The position numbers and the translations under genes are program-made. Positions 25,782 to 38,756 of a DNA stretch of 64,000 nt are shown piece after piece. The notes under the pieces were generated by a model. That model was given only the letters and a program-made list of their open reading frames with translations, was not told where the DNA came from and did not search any database. Position 1 is the first letter of the stretch; every line of letters begins with the position of its first letter. Location: the NCBI GenBank assembly GCA_016906335.1, contig JADEYG010000015.1, positions 620,001 through 684,000 on the forward strand. Direction: 5' to 3'. Source of the DNA: Novakomyces olei. Its lineage: Eukaryota.

Positions 25782-27955
25782 ATGCCTCCAGTTCCAAATT
25801 GTACGTCGCGACGTCGCTTTTGTTTCCTCAGAATTCTGTCTTCATCAGCCTCTGTCTCCAACTTTTGTCTTTGAACATTTATCTTTCAACATCTCTCTTT
25901 TAATTTCACTTTTCCCTTGTTGATTCGCACGGGTCCACTAACGCACTAGCGCTCTCAAATGTACGGCACATCGTCCTCGTGCTGTCCGGCAAAGGCGGCG
26001 TCGGCAAGTCCAGTGTGACAATGCAGCTGGCGCTTACACTGGCACGCGAGTCACACAGAGGCCGGCCGCTAAGAATCGGAGTTCTGGACATAGACTTGAC
26101 GGGGCCTTCGGCTCCGCGAATGTTTGGCCTCGATGACGAGGCCACTGTTTCGCGTGTCCGGCAGTCGAGTGCCGGCTGGATCCCCGTTTACGTGGATGGC
26201 GAGACGGCAATTGGCGTAATGTCTATCGGATTCCTTCTTGATTCCCGTGGCGATGCTGTTGTATGGAGAGGACCCAAGAAGACTGCCATGATCCGCCAGT
26301 TTTTGACCGACGTTGTGTGGGGCAATTTGGATTACTTGCTCATAGACACTCCGCCGGGGACGAGTGATGAGCATATTAGCGTTATCGAGACTCTGCTCTC
26401 GTACGAATTGCCGCCCTCTCGCTCTGGAACCAGTCTCGTTTCCGGAGCAGTGCTGGTAACGACACCCCAGCAAGTCGCTGTCCTCGACGTCCGGAAAGAA
26501 CTCGACTTTTGCCGTAAAGTCGACGTGCCCGTTATCGGGATCGTAGAAAACATGTCTGGCTACATTTGCCCTTTTTGTGCTGACTGTACAAACATCTTTA
26601 GCAGTGGAGGCGGTGAAGCAATGGCTCAAGAGTACAATGTGCCCTTCCTTGGCCGAGTGCCGATTGATCCAAAATTGGTGGAGTTGATTGAAGCCAAGGG
26701 AGAGGGTGGGGATAAGAGTCTGCACCTGCCGGACAGGTACAAGACGTTACAAATTGCTCCGATTTTTACAGGAATTACTACAGCAATCCGCACGTTTTTA
26801 CGCGATACTGACCCAAAACTGGTGGAAATTAAGGCATTCGAGGGCCACACTGACCGTGTCTGGCAGGCGGTTCAGCACCCGACACTGCCGCTGCTTGCCA
26901 CTGCCTCTTCAGACAAGACTGTACGCGTCTGGAACACAAAGACTGGGCAGCTGATTGCAATTTTAGAGTCCCAGCATAAAAGATCCGTTCGGTCTGTTGC
27001 CTGGCGGCCGAACCTTAACCAGAATAGCTCAACGACTACCCTGGCAACTGCCTCGTTTGATGGGACGGTAGCAATCTGGGAAAATGTTGAAAACGATTTT
27101 GAGCGAGCAGCAGAGCGGTTCGAGTGTATGGCTACTCTAGAAGGCCATGAAAACGAGGTTAAATCTGTGGCCTGGTCGCCCAGCGGATCATTGCTGGCAA
27201 CCTGTTCAAGAGACAAGTCCGTGTGGATCTGGGAGGTCTCTGGAGAAGACGAGGAGTACGACTGCCTGGCCGTCTTGCAGGAACATACACAGGACGTTAA
27301 ATGCGTTTGCTGGCACCCGCAAGAGGAGCTTTTAGCCAGTTGTTCGTACGATGACACTGTACGGCTCTGGCGGGACGATGGAGAAGACTGGACGAGTGTA
27401 GCTATTCTGCAAGGCCACAATTCAACTGTATGGAGCGTTGATTTTGGTCCGGATGAGACAAAAGAGTCTGTAAACACGTCTCCTACAAATGCTGCTAGAT
27501 TGGCCTCCGTTTCCGATGATGGCACATTACGGATATGGAGACGGCAAAAGGGCAAAGGCGGGCCCATAGCCGATGCCATTCCGAGTGTAATAAGACCCGA
27601 TTTGACAGAGGAATGGGAAGAGGAAGCAGTTCTACAGGTTAATAGCCCTCTGTACTCTGTCGCCTGGTCGAAACGGACGGGCCGTATTGTCTGTGCCGGT
27701 AGCGAGGGGATTTTATATGTATACGAAGAGAATACATCTGAAAATGAAAAGGAAGAAGTAGATTTACAAAACAAGAGTACAATTCACAGCGAAAAAGATG
27801 CTTTCGTTTCTACCTGGACACTTGTCGCCCAACTGCCTCGAGCACACGGAGTGTTTGAAGTGAATGGCGTCTCTTGGGGAATTGACGCCAACAAAAACGA
27901 GACTTTATACTCTGCCGGCGACGACGGTGTCGCCCGTGCTTGGAGAATAGAGTAG
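25782..27955 (+). CDS. CFD1-CIA1: Cfd1 (NUBP2 P-loop NTPase) - Cia1 (WD40) fusion, cytosolic Fe-S assembly
   Basis: Exon 1 25782-25800, intron 25801-25949 (GTACGT...ACTAACGCACTAG). [36 protein letters not shown]; then without a stop [46 protein letters not shown]. Confidence 0.93.
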
Positions 27956-28171
27956 AAAAATGTAGAGTTATTACGGTTGCATTAAATTAAATCTTGTTTC
28001 ATGTTTGCATGTGGCCGTTACTTATCATAATAAATGATAAAGTGTCTTAACTCAAACAATAGCTTAATGCTTATCTATTACAAATTTCATTAACGCATGA
28101 ATTTAATTGAAACAAACAAATAGATAAATAAATGAATTAAATTAGTCAACAAGTCCTGCAAACGCCGTGCT

Positions 28172-29941
28172 TTACCGCTCCTTCTTCAACTTTTTATCAG
28201 ATCCATCACGCAAATCATCAGTCGCTTTCCGTTTATCTGATTCTTCAACTTCACTTGAAGCTTCCTTTTGCCCGCTAATAATTCGTTCAGGCGTGGCTGA
28301 AAGTGAAGCTGATCGCTGATGCAAATTGCCATGCTTTTCACCCACTGACTGTGACATTTGCCTGTCAGCATCCAGTTTGTCCGTCAAGGCTTTTACTTGC
28401 AACATTTGCACAATCGAATCTTGCAACTGCTCCAATTTTTTACAATTTCTGACGGTCGGCATAAACAGTTTGGGTGCTATTCCTAGCTCCTGTAGGGCTG
28501 CCTGCACTTTGTTTGCTAGCGATGCCTTCACTGGTGGGATTTTCTGGCTCCGAATATAAGCAACTGCGGGCAGTTTATCATGCCACGAGACTCCGTACAT
28601 GTGCTCTTCACGGGGGGACATTTTTCTTAATTTTTTATTCATTTCTGCCTGAACTTGTTGATCTGCCAGTGCTTGCTGTGTCGCTGTGTCCCTTCGTTTT
28701 CGTGCTTTATCCGCCTGTTGCATACCCAGAGCCATGGCCGATAAATTCTGACTGCTATTTAAATGAGCAGTTGATTCTGGTTTTGAGCCTGATTCAATAT
28801 GGCTTCCCGCTTCTTCCAGGACACGGAGGAGTTCTCTCCGCTCTTGCTGAAGCCGTATTTCGTGGGATTCAATACGACGCGCTTCCAGTATCAGATTCTC
28901 TTCCTCTTTAATTTCCTCAGGAGATCTTCGTGAAAGTCGCTCTATCATCGCCTTTCGCTGGAGCTCTCTGTCTTTATCAAACATCATTTGGTTGAACAAT
29001 GTCTCTTGTGCATTGCTCATCCCCTGCGGGTTACGAGCCAAAAGCAGCTTCCGGCAGACCGTATAATACCGGTCCTTAATGTCCTCCAGTGACCGATTAT
29101 TCGCATATTCGTAGCGATCGTGTACAATGATAAACCGGAGATCAAATTCACGGCAAAGGGAAAAGAGGTAGTCTGTCTCCTCCTGGCTCCAGTCGTCATC
29201 TGTTCTTAGTAAAATTCTAATAAATAATGTAGAACAGGCAAAAGAAGAAAATAATAGTCGAATCAAACGGTAATGTTCAAAGTTGTAAGAAATAACATGA
29301 TGGTGAATATGCATAAACGAAACAGACAAATCGCGTCTTTGAGCCCAATCGGCGCTAAACCAGTTTGACCAAACCAATGCACTCTGCAAGATACAAAGAG
29401 GCAAAGTAAGAAACTATTATGAACGGATTCAATGCGGGGGTCAAGCGTATACGCAAGAACAAAAATATAGAATATAATAAAAAACAATAACTACATCAAA
29501 CAAAAATCCTGACAGGGCGATACCTTTCAAATACTCTTCATACTCGTGATCCGTGTAAGTATAAACGTCAGGCTCAACATTAAACTTTTCAAATTTGTAT
29601 GGCTCATCCGCCTCTGCCTTTAACCGCCAATGACCGAGTACCAGATCGTCATTACGGGCTCGATTCTTAAACTCATGCCATATCCTGTCATCAGCAGAGC
29701 TTTAAGCGCCACCTTACCATTGCTTAGCTTTCTGTCGCAACTTTGGCTTTTCCTTTATGCGATTCTGTAATACAACTAGTGGTGGTGAGTTCTCTCCAAG
29801 CAGCGAGTACAGCTCTCGAGCCAGACCGTCCAGCTTTGGCGGAGCGCCCTGTGAAGAGCGCGGCCGACGAGCAGAGGCCGGCTGCTTTGATCGGTCCAAG
29901 CCATCGAGCTCGAGGACGTCTCTAATGTCAGACGAAGACAT
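28172..29941 (-). CDS. SWC4: SWR1/NuA4 subunit Swc4/Eaf2 (DMAP1)
   Basis: MSSSDIRDVLEL, GLARELYSLLGE, F.N.ARNDDLVLGHW, YKFEKFN, SANT-like WSQEETDYLFSLCREFDLRFIIVHDRY; two introns. Confidence 0.92.
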
Positions 29942-29987
29942 TATGGCTTTAGTACAATATTATTTGAGTGGAAATATATGATTAAAC

Positions 29988-30147
<160 letters not shown>

Positions 30148-30193
30148 CAAATCCTAAGTTGACCTCTTGCGAGAGTGTAAACAATCAGCGACA

Positions 30194-30989
30194 ATGGCAG
30201 AACAGCCGCAGCCGCAGATGTTTGCGCCAATGCCGGAAATAAATTTACCCTTTGACGATCTCAAAGAGCGAATGGACGCGTTTTCTATACAATTTAAGAA
30301 TTTCTGCGGCCAAAGGCGTGATGAGGTTAATTCATCTCGAGAAAAGTATGCTTTAGCTTTAGCTTCCGATCGCGACGAGCAATCGCTGCTGCAACGGCAA
30401 TTGCTACTGTTTCGTGAACGCGAACAGGAAGCGGCAGAAGCGATGCGTAAAGAGCACACTGAACGGGACGACGCGGAACTCGCAATGCGTGAGTTTAACG
30501 AAAAAAAAGCACAGATGGAGTCGCGTCGCGAAGAGTCGCGTCAGCAGATTGCTCGAGTGCAAGAGCGCATCGCAGCACTTCGTCAAGGTTCGAAAAGAGC
30601 AACTTGAATTTTGACTAATTTTATTGCAGAACGAGAACAGGAACTTGCAAGGATCCGAGGCCAGTTGGAGAAAAATGGACCAGAAATTAAGTTTTGGCAG
30701 GATCATTTGGCCATGACTATCCGTCCGTGTGACGTGGATGCTATTAAATTTGTGTTTTCAAACATCGATGATCGGGACAATGACCGCGAATTTAGTATTA
30801 CTATTGACATTTCCAGTGTCGATTACAAAGGTAAACACAATCGTGCTCTTTACGAACTAACGAACAGTAACGTGCTGTGAACCGCCGCTTCCAGTTATGA
30901 CCGACCTGTTGGCGCAATTGAATCGTACACGGTCTTTTTTTCGATTTCTCATATTGGTGCGCAAAGCGTTTCGCGATAGTGTTAAGTAG
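30194..30989 (+). CDS. SPC25: Kinetochore Ndc80-complex subunit Spc25
   Basis: PEINLPFDDLKERMDAF, coiled coil, NGPEIKFWQDHLAM, IKFVFSNIDDRD..REF, LNRTRSFFRFLILVRKAF; introns at 30588-30629 and ~30831-30868. Confidence 0.85.
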
Positions 30990-31159
30990 GAGTTGGGAAC
31001 GTTTGAATTTGCTTTCTAGTACTCGGAAAACATTTGATTTTAATCCTTCAACGTATTGAATCTGTATTATTATTTCTTTAAAATTACAGTAATGTTTGAA
31101 GCCCGACATTAGCTTTTGCCAGGCAAACACATTTATCTAGTTTATGTACATTGTTCAGC

Positions 31160-34100
31160 TCATACATCTATATCACGCAGCTGGAGGACAGAATCAACGA
31201 TAAATCCGTCCACGCCGTAAGCATCTTGTAACTGCCGACTTGACTCGTCAAGGTTGCCTTCACCATGTGTTACAAGGATAAGACCTGCTTTTTTGATTGT
31301 ACGCATAAGCGCTGGAATACGGATCTGTTTGTCAGAAACAATAATTAAAACGGAAAAAAGGGAAAACAAAAAGGAACAATGGTTCGTAGACTGTCATACC
31401 TGAGACACAGCAGACGTGATTATGCCAATCAGATTATTTGTCCTCGCAAAGGATACTGCATGACGGACCGACATACACCGTTCACTCGCCTGATCAGTGA
31501 GCAGACGAAGCGCATGTGCACTGGCAACATCAGCGTCGTTCACATAGTTAGAAGGCTCGCCCAGCCGTGTTGGAATTCCCAGTTTTCTTGCCAAAAATAC
31601 AGCATCTGGATGGTTAGAGTAACTAGTTCAATAAAAGAAAGTAGACAGAAAAAACAATAGAAAAATAGAAAATAGAAAACTAAACAATAGAAATAAAATA
31701 AATACATAAAATATACATAAGACCAAATGTAATAGAAACAGAAACAATTGAAATTATTAACGTACAATTAGGCTGTTTCCAATTCAGAGCAAGACAAACG
31801 TCTGGGTTACAGGATGAAAAGAAAACGCTGCGAGCATTCGAGTGGTTATGTGAGTAGGCAAAGACGTCCGCCAAAATACTATCAACCAGTACGTTAATAT
31901 CGAGTGTTGAAGTTATTCCCAAGAGCCTTTGCTCTGCCGGAACAGGAACCACAATCTGAGCGTGAACGTGAATGCTCTCCGGTAGCAATTCAAGCAACTG
32001 TGCCAAAGAACAATAAGTCTGTGTGACGAGACTCTGTGATCTTCCCGGTAAAGTTTCCTTGCTTATGCGATCCAATCTTTCCTGTTGTGACTCGCTGGCA
32101 CAAATAATACAAAACTGTTTAAAAGTTACATCACTAACTGCCAAATCCAAATGATCAGTGGGCAGCCACCATGCAGGGTAAACAACGGGCACATTGTCCT
32201 TTGTTATTTGAACAACAGCCCTAATGTAACTGCCGCTCAGTGAAGAGGCAGTAACAAAGCTCTCACTGAATTGTGAGGACGTGTTTGCGTTACCATTATT
32301 ATTATTATTATTGATGTTGTTGTTAGCATTGTTATCGCCAGACGCGGTTTGAAACGAATGAGGCATGGAAAGAGGCATACTTGGTAAAGCAGCATTTGAC
32401 GTCATAGGCGGCTGTTTGACCGTACGAGTAGAAATCCAATAAGTATCAATTTTGCTCCCATACTCTGTATTTTGCAGGCCATGAAAAGGAGTTATAATCT
32501 TGTACTCGAAAGTTAATTCCCCAGTAACTTCCACTAGAGGGTCAAACAGGGAACACACAAAAGTGCCCTGATGATTAGAGGCAAACCATCCAGTAGGCAC
32601 TGCTCCTCTGGCGACTAGCCGTGACCCGAATATAGGAAACACTTCAAACTCTATAGAAAAAAGTGATAAATCGTCAACCTGAAAGGTGACTGTTTGGCCT
32701 TCGTCAGGCAGCGGAAAAATAACGTTCTGTGGAAGAATGCTCGCCAGAGTCTCGCCCGTTTTGCTCGGGTACCGGGAAATAACAGACAGTTTGCTCGACT
32801 CGAAAATTTTAATGCTCTGTGAAGCAAAATCAACCTGAGCCTGTGTTCGTTTGAAACAGTCTGGCTTCAGTGTCAATTGAACAAAGGTTTTTCGGTCCAA
32901 GAAATTGTGGCCATAACTGCGTACGGGGATAATGGGTGGTGGCAGGAGAAGATCAGGGATGATTTCGCCGTCAGTATTGGCGCCTAGCTGTGCAGCACTA
33001 GGCATGAACTCTCTACGCTCTGGGTCCTTGGGGTCAAGGTTGGAGTCTAACCCATCGGGACTAGTACTAGCTTTACTAGCATTAGTATTAACTGCCGGCT
33101 CTTCAGACAGTCCAATTCCCGCGGTGGGACTAGCGTTCAAGAGCAGATTGAGACAGGTCGGGTGGCCCTCCCAGGCGGCATGATAAGCAGGAGAATGCCC
33201 ATCTTCATCGACAGCATCGAGCTTGCATCCATGCTCAATCAGCTCTCGTAACACTTCGACTTTTCCCTCAGCAGCAGCGAAAAACACGGGGGTCCAAAGG
33301 TTGAAGGAGTCGTATTCCTCCAACGAGGCTCCGTACTCTAAAAGTAGGGTTATAAACCCTAAGTATCCAGCACGGGCCACTATATGTTGCGGGAATAGGC
33401 CCTCCGTGTTTCGTACAATTTTAGCACCCGACTGCAACAACAATTGTGTTGCCTGCAAATTGCCACGCTGACACGCCATACCGAGTGGAACGTAATCCGC
33501 CTCATTGCGTGGATTCACATCAGCCCCGTGCAAAAGTAAAAGCTGTACGCATGCAGTTAGTCCGTATAGTATAGCATAGTGGAGCGGCCGGTACAGATTT
33601 TGGTCTAGTGAATTCACATCTGCTCCATGGGCAAGTAAGATCTCGGCGCATTTAGTATCACAGGTTTGCAGGCAAGCGTAGTGCAAAGCTGAACGGCCAT
33701 ACGCATCTTCCTGCTCTACGGGGCTGAGACTGGCAAAGAACTCGACAAGTTCTGGTCTCTGAGCAATAGTGGCCTCGTGCAACATTGTACGGCCAGATAT
33801 ATCATCGCGAAAAGAAAGATCAATTTTTAATTCAGTGGCCATTTCACGTACACAGACAGCGGGAACCCGTTTAATGGCATACAAAAGGCCTCGCGAAAGG
33901 ATGACACTGCTCTTGAGGCTTGAGGCGTCGTCACGTAAAAGTAGCCTCCTTACGTCGTCCAGACGGCCACTAGAAATAGCATTAAACACCTGTGTCTCTA
34001 ATTCGTCAATCGCATTCCGCGGCTGAGAGACAATGTTCTTGTAAAGACGGACATCTTCGCCGTTCGCCCACGCTTCGAGCTGCAAAATGGCGGAAGTAGT

Positions 34101-34720
34101 AGTGTCGACAAGAAGCGACAGGGTATCACGATTGAAGCAGGCTCGTACCTCGACCTGGCGAGATAGGTACAGTTCTTTCATGTGACTCTTGCTCCGTTTG
34201 TCCCATTTTTTAAGTGCTTTGTAAAAGCCGGTAGCATTGAGCTCAACAAATTGCTGTAGCTTATTCAAGTCTTTCTCAAATTGCTCATAGGCTTCACGGA
34301 TAACGACAAGAGAGGGTAAAATGCGCGCTTTTGCGGGGTCTTCAATACTTTGCTGGAAAAGGCGTCTTTGCTCTTCCAATATGTTGAGGCGTGTCCGCAG
34401 CTCGGTTTCTCGCAATTCATAAAACTCGTTTACCTTATCAAGCTCGCGTTCCAGCTTGAAGAAAAAGGTTGCTCTATTGTCTTTGAGCGCGTCTCCTCTG
34501 GCCGGGTCATCTAGGGCATTTATGATCTTTTTGAGTGCCTTGTAGTTGATATAAAAGGGAGCAAATTCGGGCAATTGCTGCCGTGCGAGGTTTTTACCAA
34601 ACTTCCTATCAAATGTTAGTGTACCGTGAAGATTTCAGATTTATTTATTTTATTTCATTCCAAAATTCTTTTTCAATCCAGCCTTCCACAGTGTTCGGCC
34701 GGAAAAAAGTGGCCGTACAT
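31160..34720 (-). CDS. PHO81: SPX-ankyrin-GDPD-like CDK inhibitor Pho81/Nuc-2
   Basis: MKFGK start with the ATG split by intron 34718-34606; SPX (INYKALKK, FFFKLERELDKVN, LNATGFYKALKKWDK); ankyrin repeats; IPDLLLPPPIIPVRSYGHNFLD; LNWKQPN. Confidence 0.9.
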
Positions 34721-35153
34721 GGCAAGGGAAGCTGCGACTCCCCTGGGATTGCTCCTTCACGTTCTCTTTGAGCAAGGTCACATGCACAATAACCAAAAGG
34801 CAGTGGCACAAGAGAGAAAAATGGGTAATATTAACAACAAAATTTCCAGATAGGTTCGGCCAGACCACCGAGCGCACTAGTCAGATTCCACTAGTACAAT
34901 ATCCTGTTGAAATTCCAGTGAAAATCAGCCTTGCATGTCGTCCGCCTTGGAGTAAATAGTACAACAGTACTTTGCATTTTTATTATTTTTGAATATTCCT
35001 TACTCTGGCGTTATTCTGCATACGCCATTATCCACTCTAACGCTCAAACTATGGTGTTGCGCCGCACGTGAAACATTTACTGGCTATTATTGGACTTTAG
35101 TCGCCCTATTATCGTACCTAAACCTTACTTATAGTGTGTATCGCTAAATAAAA

Positions 35154-35310
35154 ATGAAGTACCAATATTGCGAGACGATCTTAGACTATTTATTACATTA
35201 GGATCACGAATTTTGTAAGTCCTCCTCAAGTCTAACCCTGGCTAACCCTAACATAGATAGATTCATGGACGTTCGCCATGGTTTCTGGGTCTCGTCCCTA
35301 CGGCAAATAA
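35154..35310 (+). CDS. Candidate spliced 23-aa microprotein MKITNFIDSWTFAMVSGSRPYGK
   Basis: AAAATG context; exons 35154-35158, 35202-35214, 35257-35310; intron 2 is canonical (GTAAGT...GCTAAC...TAG, 42 nt); intron 1 is weaker (GTACCA...TAG, 43 nt). Confidence 0.4.
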
Positions 35311-35576
35311 TGTATACATACATTTCTCCAAGGTACTGGCGCCTTTTTGTACAAATTTAATCTAAACAATTTGATTCAATTTAATTTATGCGTAAACTAT
35401 TCAAAGGCACAACGGCCTATACTATTTATCTCTACCTCGCATATCTCTGGACGCGCCTTATCTTCCATCTCCAAGTTTCGTGACAAACCTGGTTCGATAT
35501 TACAATATATAGAGTACGTTAGTCTGTACATTGACTGATGACAATTATATAGCCTTACACAATACCGCGCGTCCAC

Positions 35577-38078
35577 ATGGATAAAGAACTGGACGCCCAT
35601 CGTGTCTGGCTAGATGGCTGCTGGGACTTTTTTGTAATACTTTAAGCTCTTCAATTCTAACTTTGATAGCATCATGGTACTCGAAACCGCAAGTCTAAAC
35701 TACTAACGGGCAAGGCCATGCTGGAGCGATTAGACAAGCCAAACTTATGGCGCCAATTCTCGTGGTCGGATGCCATTCCGACGAAGACATCGAGCGTAAT
35801 AAAGGCCCAACTGTCATGAAACAGCCAGAGAGGTATTTGCTTTATTAGACGTTCGTTCTCTAAGTCTAAAGACTCGCTGCAATTGCCGCTTGCCGCTGGG
35901 TGGACGAAGTAGTCCCTAATGCCCCGTACGTCACGCAGGTAGAATGGATGGATCGGTATCATTGCATGTACGTCGTACACGGTGACGATGTTACTACCGA
36001 CGCTGCGGGCAACGATACTTATGCTCAATTGAAAAAGTTGCACAGGTATATTGACGCGTTTAATACGTGTACGCTTTGCATTCATATACAGGCTACGGTG
36101 TCCCTTGTCGTCATCTACTTTACAGTTTTCGACTTGCTTTTGCTAGTTTGCAGTTTACTGTCCTCTATACGCTATTATTTCCTAGTATCGAGCGAACAAA
36201 CGAATTGATCTCGAACAAAATATCATGCTTTTCGTGTTTAATTGCCACATACTTACTTTTGTGATCTAACATACAGGTACAAAGAATGCAAGCGTACTAT
36301 TGGGATTTCAACAACCGATTTAGTAGGCCGAATGCTGGTGGGAACGAAGGAGCACCATATATCGCCCTTATCAAATTTTGTAACGCGACAGAGCACTGTA
36401 TCGGTATTTGAAGATTATGCAAAGGCGAGTGATGCAGTCGCGCCTTGGGCAACCCTGTTTCGCATTGATCCTCTCAGCGATTCTCCTCCACAAGTCTTAG
36501 TGGAAGGCGTGCATCCTTCAGAGAGTTGTGTTCCGATATTTGTATCAGGAGCATGGGATCTGTTCTCTCCAACCCATATTGATTTCTTACGTCGTGTCCA
36601 TGAAGCTCATACAAATGCGTTTGTTGTTGTGGGCATAGAAGATGATCGGGTATGTTTGTCAAATTCCCTAATTTTGTCAAGTACATTTGATTTTATCATC
36701 AAATTTATCATAAATAAATGAATTTCAGTCTTCCAAGTTCTATCTTTATTAATTTTTTCCGGCTGCCTATTGTCTCTTTGCGAATGCTGGGCTTTACTTG
36801 CCATTTGTTTATATTTCGTTCTTACTTTTTTGCATTCAGTTTGAATATCAATTTGATTATACTTTCATCTGTTTTGTATTATCATTCTTGATAATTCTTT
36901 ATTCGGTTTCGGTGAAGTCAGTCTTATGTTATCCTCTTGACATTGTCTCCTTGAAACTCTTTTCTTGTTTATTTACCTCATCATCTAATCCGTAGACAGT
37001 CAATGGCCATGAAGGCTTCAATTTCCCTATAATGAACCTTTACGAACGTACGCTCTGCCTTCTACAATGTCGTTATGTGTCTGCTGTTGTTATGGGAGTC
37101 CCGCGTAAGTTGGATCCGGCTATTCTTGCCTCATTACCCAAAGATTTCCGTCCGCGTTATATTTACCGACCGGGCGTTGACACGGCAATTGCCACTGGCT
37201 CAGTTGCTGAACAAGACTTGCGGTTCAATGACGTCGATAATGTCCGTACAATAAATGATCTGCAGTTCAATACGAGCAGCAGCCTTATTGTTCAGCGAAT
37301 AATGGACCGTCGAACGGAGTACGAGTTGCGACAGGCAAGAAAGACGGCTAAAGCTGATCACGAACAGAGACTAAAAGCCGAGGCGGCTAAAGAAATCCCT
37401 ATTAGCAATGCAGCACTGGCATCAGCGGATAGTAGAGGCCGACTGATTGTTATTGAGGGCCTCGATCGCAGTGGAAAATCGTCCCAGGCCGCCCGATTAC
37501 AGGAAGCGTTAACGGTAAAAGGTACCCAAGTCAAATCTTACAAGTTTCCTGATCGCGGAACAATTATGGGTAAAATGATCAATGAGTATTTGCAAATGAA
37601 GGCAGAGATGGAAGATCATGCAGTTCATTTGCTGTTTGCGGCCAACAGATGGGAACGAGTGGGCGATATTTTACGAGATTTGCAAGGGGGTACCACAGTG
37701 ATTGTGGACAGGTTTTTCTATTCTGGTATTTGCTTTTCTGCGGCAAAGCAGCTTTTAAACGGCCAGCCGGCACTCGACTGGGACTGGTGCAAAGCACCAG
37801 ACAAGGGCTTACCCATCCCTGATGTTATCTTGTTCCTCAATGTTTCTCCACAAGTTCAGCGGGAAAGAGGAGGGTATGGACAGGAAAGGTACGAAACACA
37901 GAGCCTGCAGGAGAGGGTACGCACAAACTTTGGGAAAGCTCAGTCAGACTTTGAAAAGCGTGGCGGGTTATGGTGCGAAATTGATGCTAATCAGTCAATG
38001 GATGCTGTTACTGGCCAAGTTGAAAGGGCGGTAACCTTGTTGTTCGAAGAGGACCCTGGACCACTGACGAGATTTTGA
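35577..38078 (+). CDS. ECT1-CDC8: Ethanolamine-phosphate cytidylyltransferase (Ect1) - thymidylate kinase (Cdc8/Tmp1) fusion
   Basis: Exons 35577-35633, 35670-35676, 35715-35832, 35872-36045, 36277-36649, 36996-38078. Ect1: WLDGCWDFFHHGH, NKGPTVM, VVHGDD, KRTIGISTTDLVGRM, GAWDLF, PIMNLYER. In the same last exon, dTMP kinase: RGRLIVIEGLDRSGKS, KFPDR, HLLFAANRWE, VDRFFYSG, GYGQERYE. Confidence 0.9.
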
Positions 38079-38756
38079 TCTGATCTGTAGATAGCAGGTA
38101 TAGTATTTGTATTGTTATCAGAGAATAACAAGCGCTTTTTTGTGTCTCTTTCAGACGTATTCAGAAATTAATAGTTTGTTAATATTTATTTATTTAGTTT
38201 TTTCTTTCTTTTTTTCCTTCTTCCATTTCTTATTTCGTTTTTTTTTTTTTTTTTTTTTTTTGATTAAGTACGTGTATTACATACGGCCACCACCGACACT
38301 CTTATAGAATTTGACCAGAATAGTAACATATAAATATTGCCATCCGATTAAATGCAAAACAACAGGTATGCAAAAATGTTTAATACGAGTTTGCTGTTAT
38401 CGGGGACATATTCTCAAAAAGAAAATACATTAAAATACATAATACTACAATAAAATAAACGTCGAATTTGCAAATGATGGATGCACTGCTTGAACTTGCT
38501 TTTGAAACTTTTGCCAAAGAAATGCACCAGTGAATCTGAACTCTTTTTCTTTCATTTCCATTTTATTTTCATTACCCTCCAATTCCCTCCCTCCATTCTG
38601 TCCTTCGCAAAGGATATTATTTGCTCATATTATTAGCATTATTGCCATAATTATTAAAAACAGTTGATTGTGCAATTCTTCCTCTTTCCCTGTCTCTGTC
38701 ATGCATGTTACCCAATCTTCTTTTGAATCTTCTTTTCCAATTTTCTTATTAACTCC

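Noticed and set aside
35242-35252. CTAACCCTAAC, identical to the human telomerase RNA template
   Set aside because: It lies between GTAAGT and TAG and is better explained as intron branch sites. The gap is short and no pseudoknot is evident.
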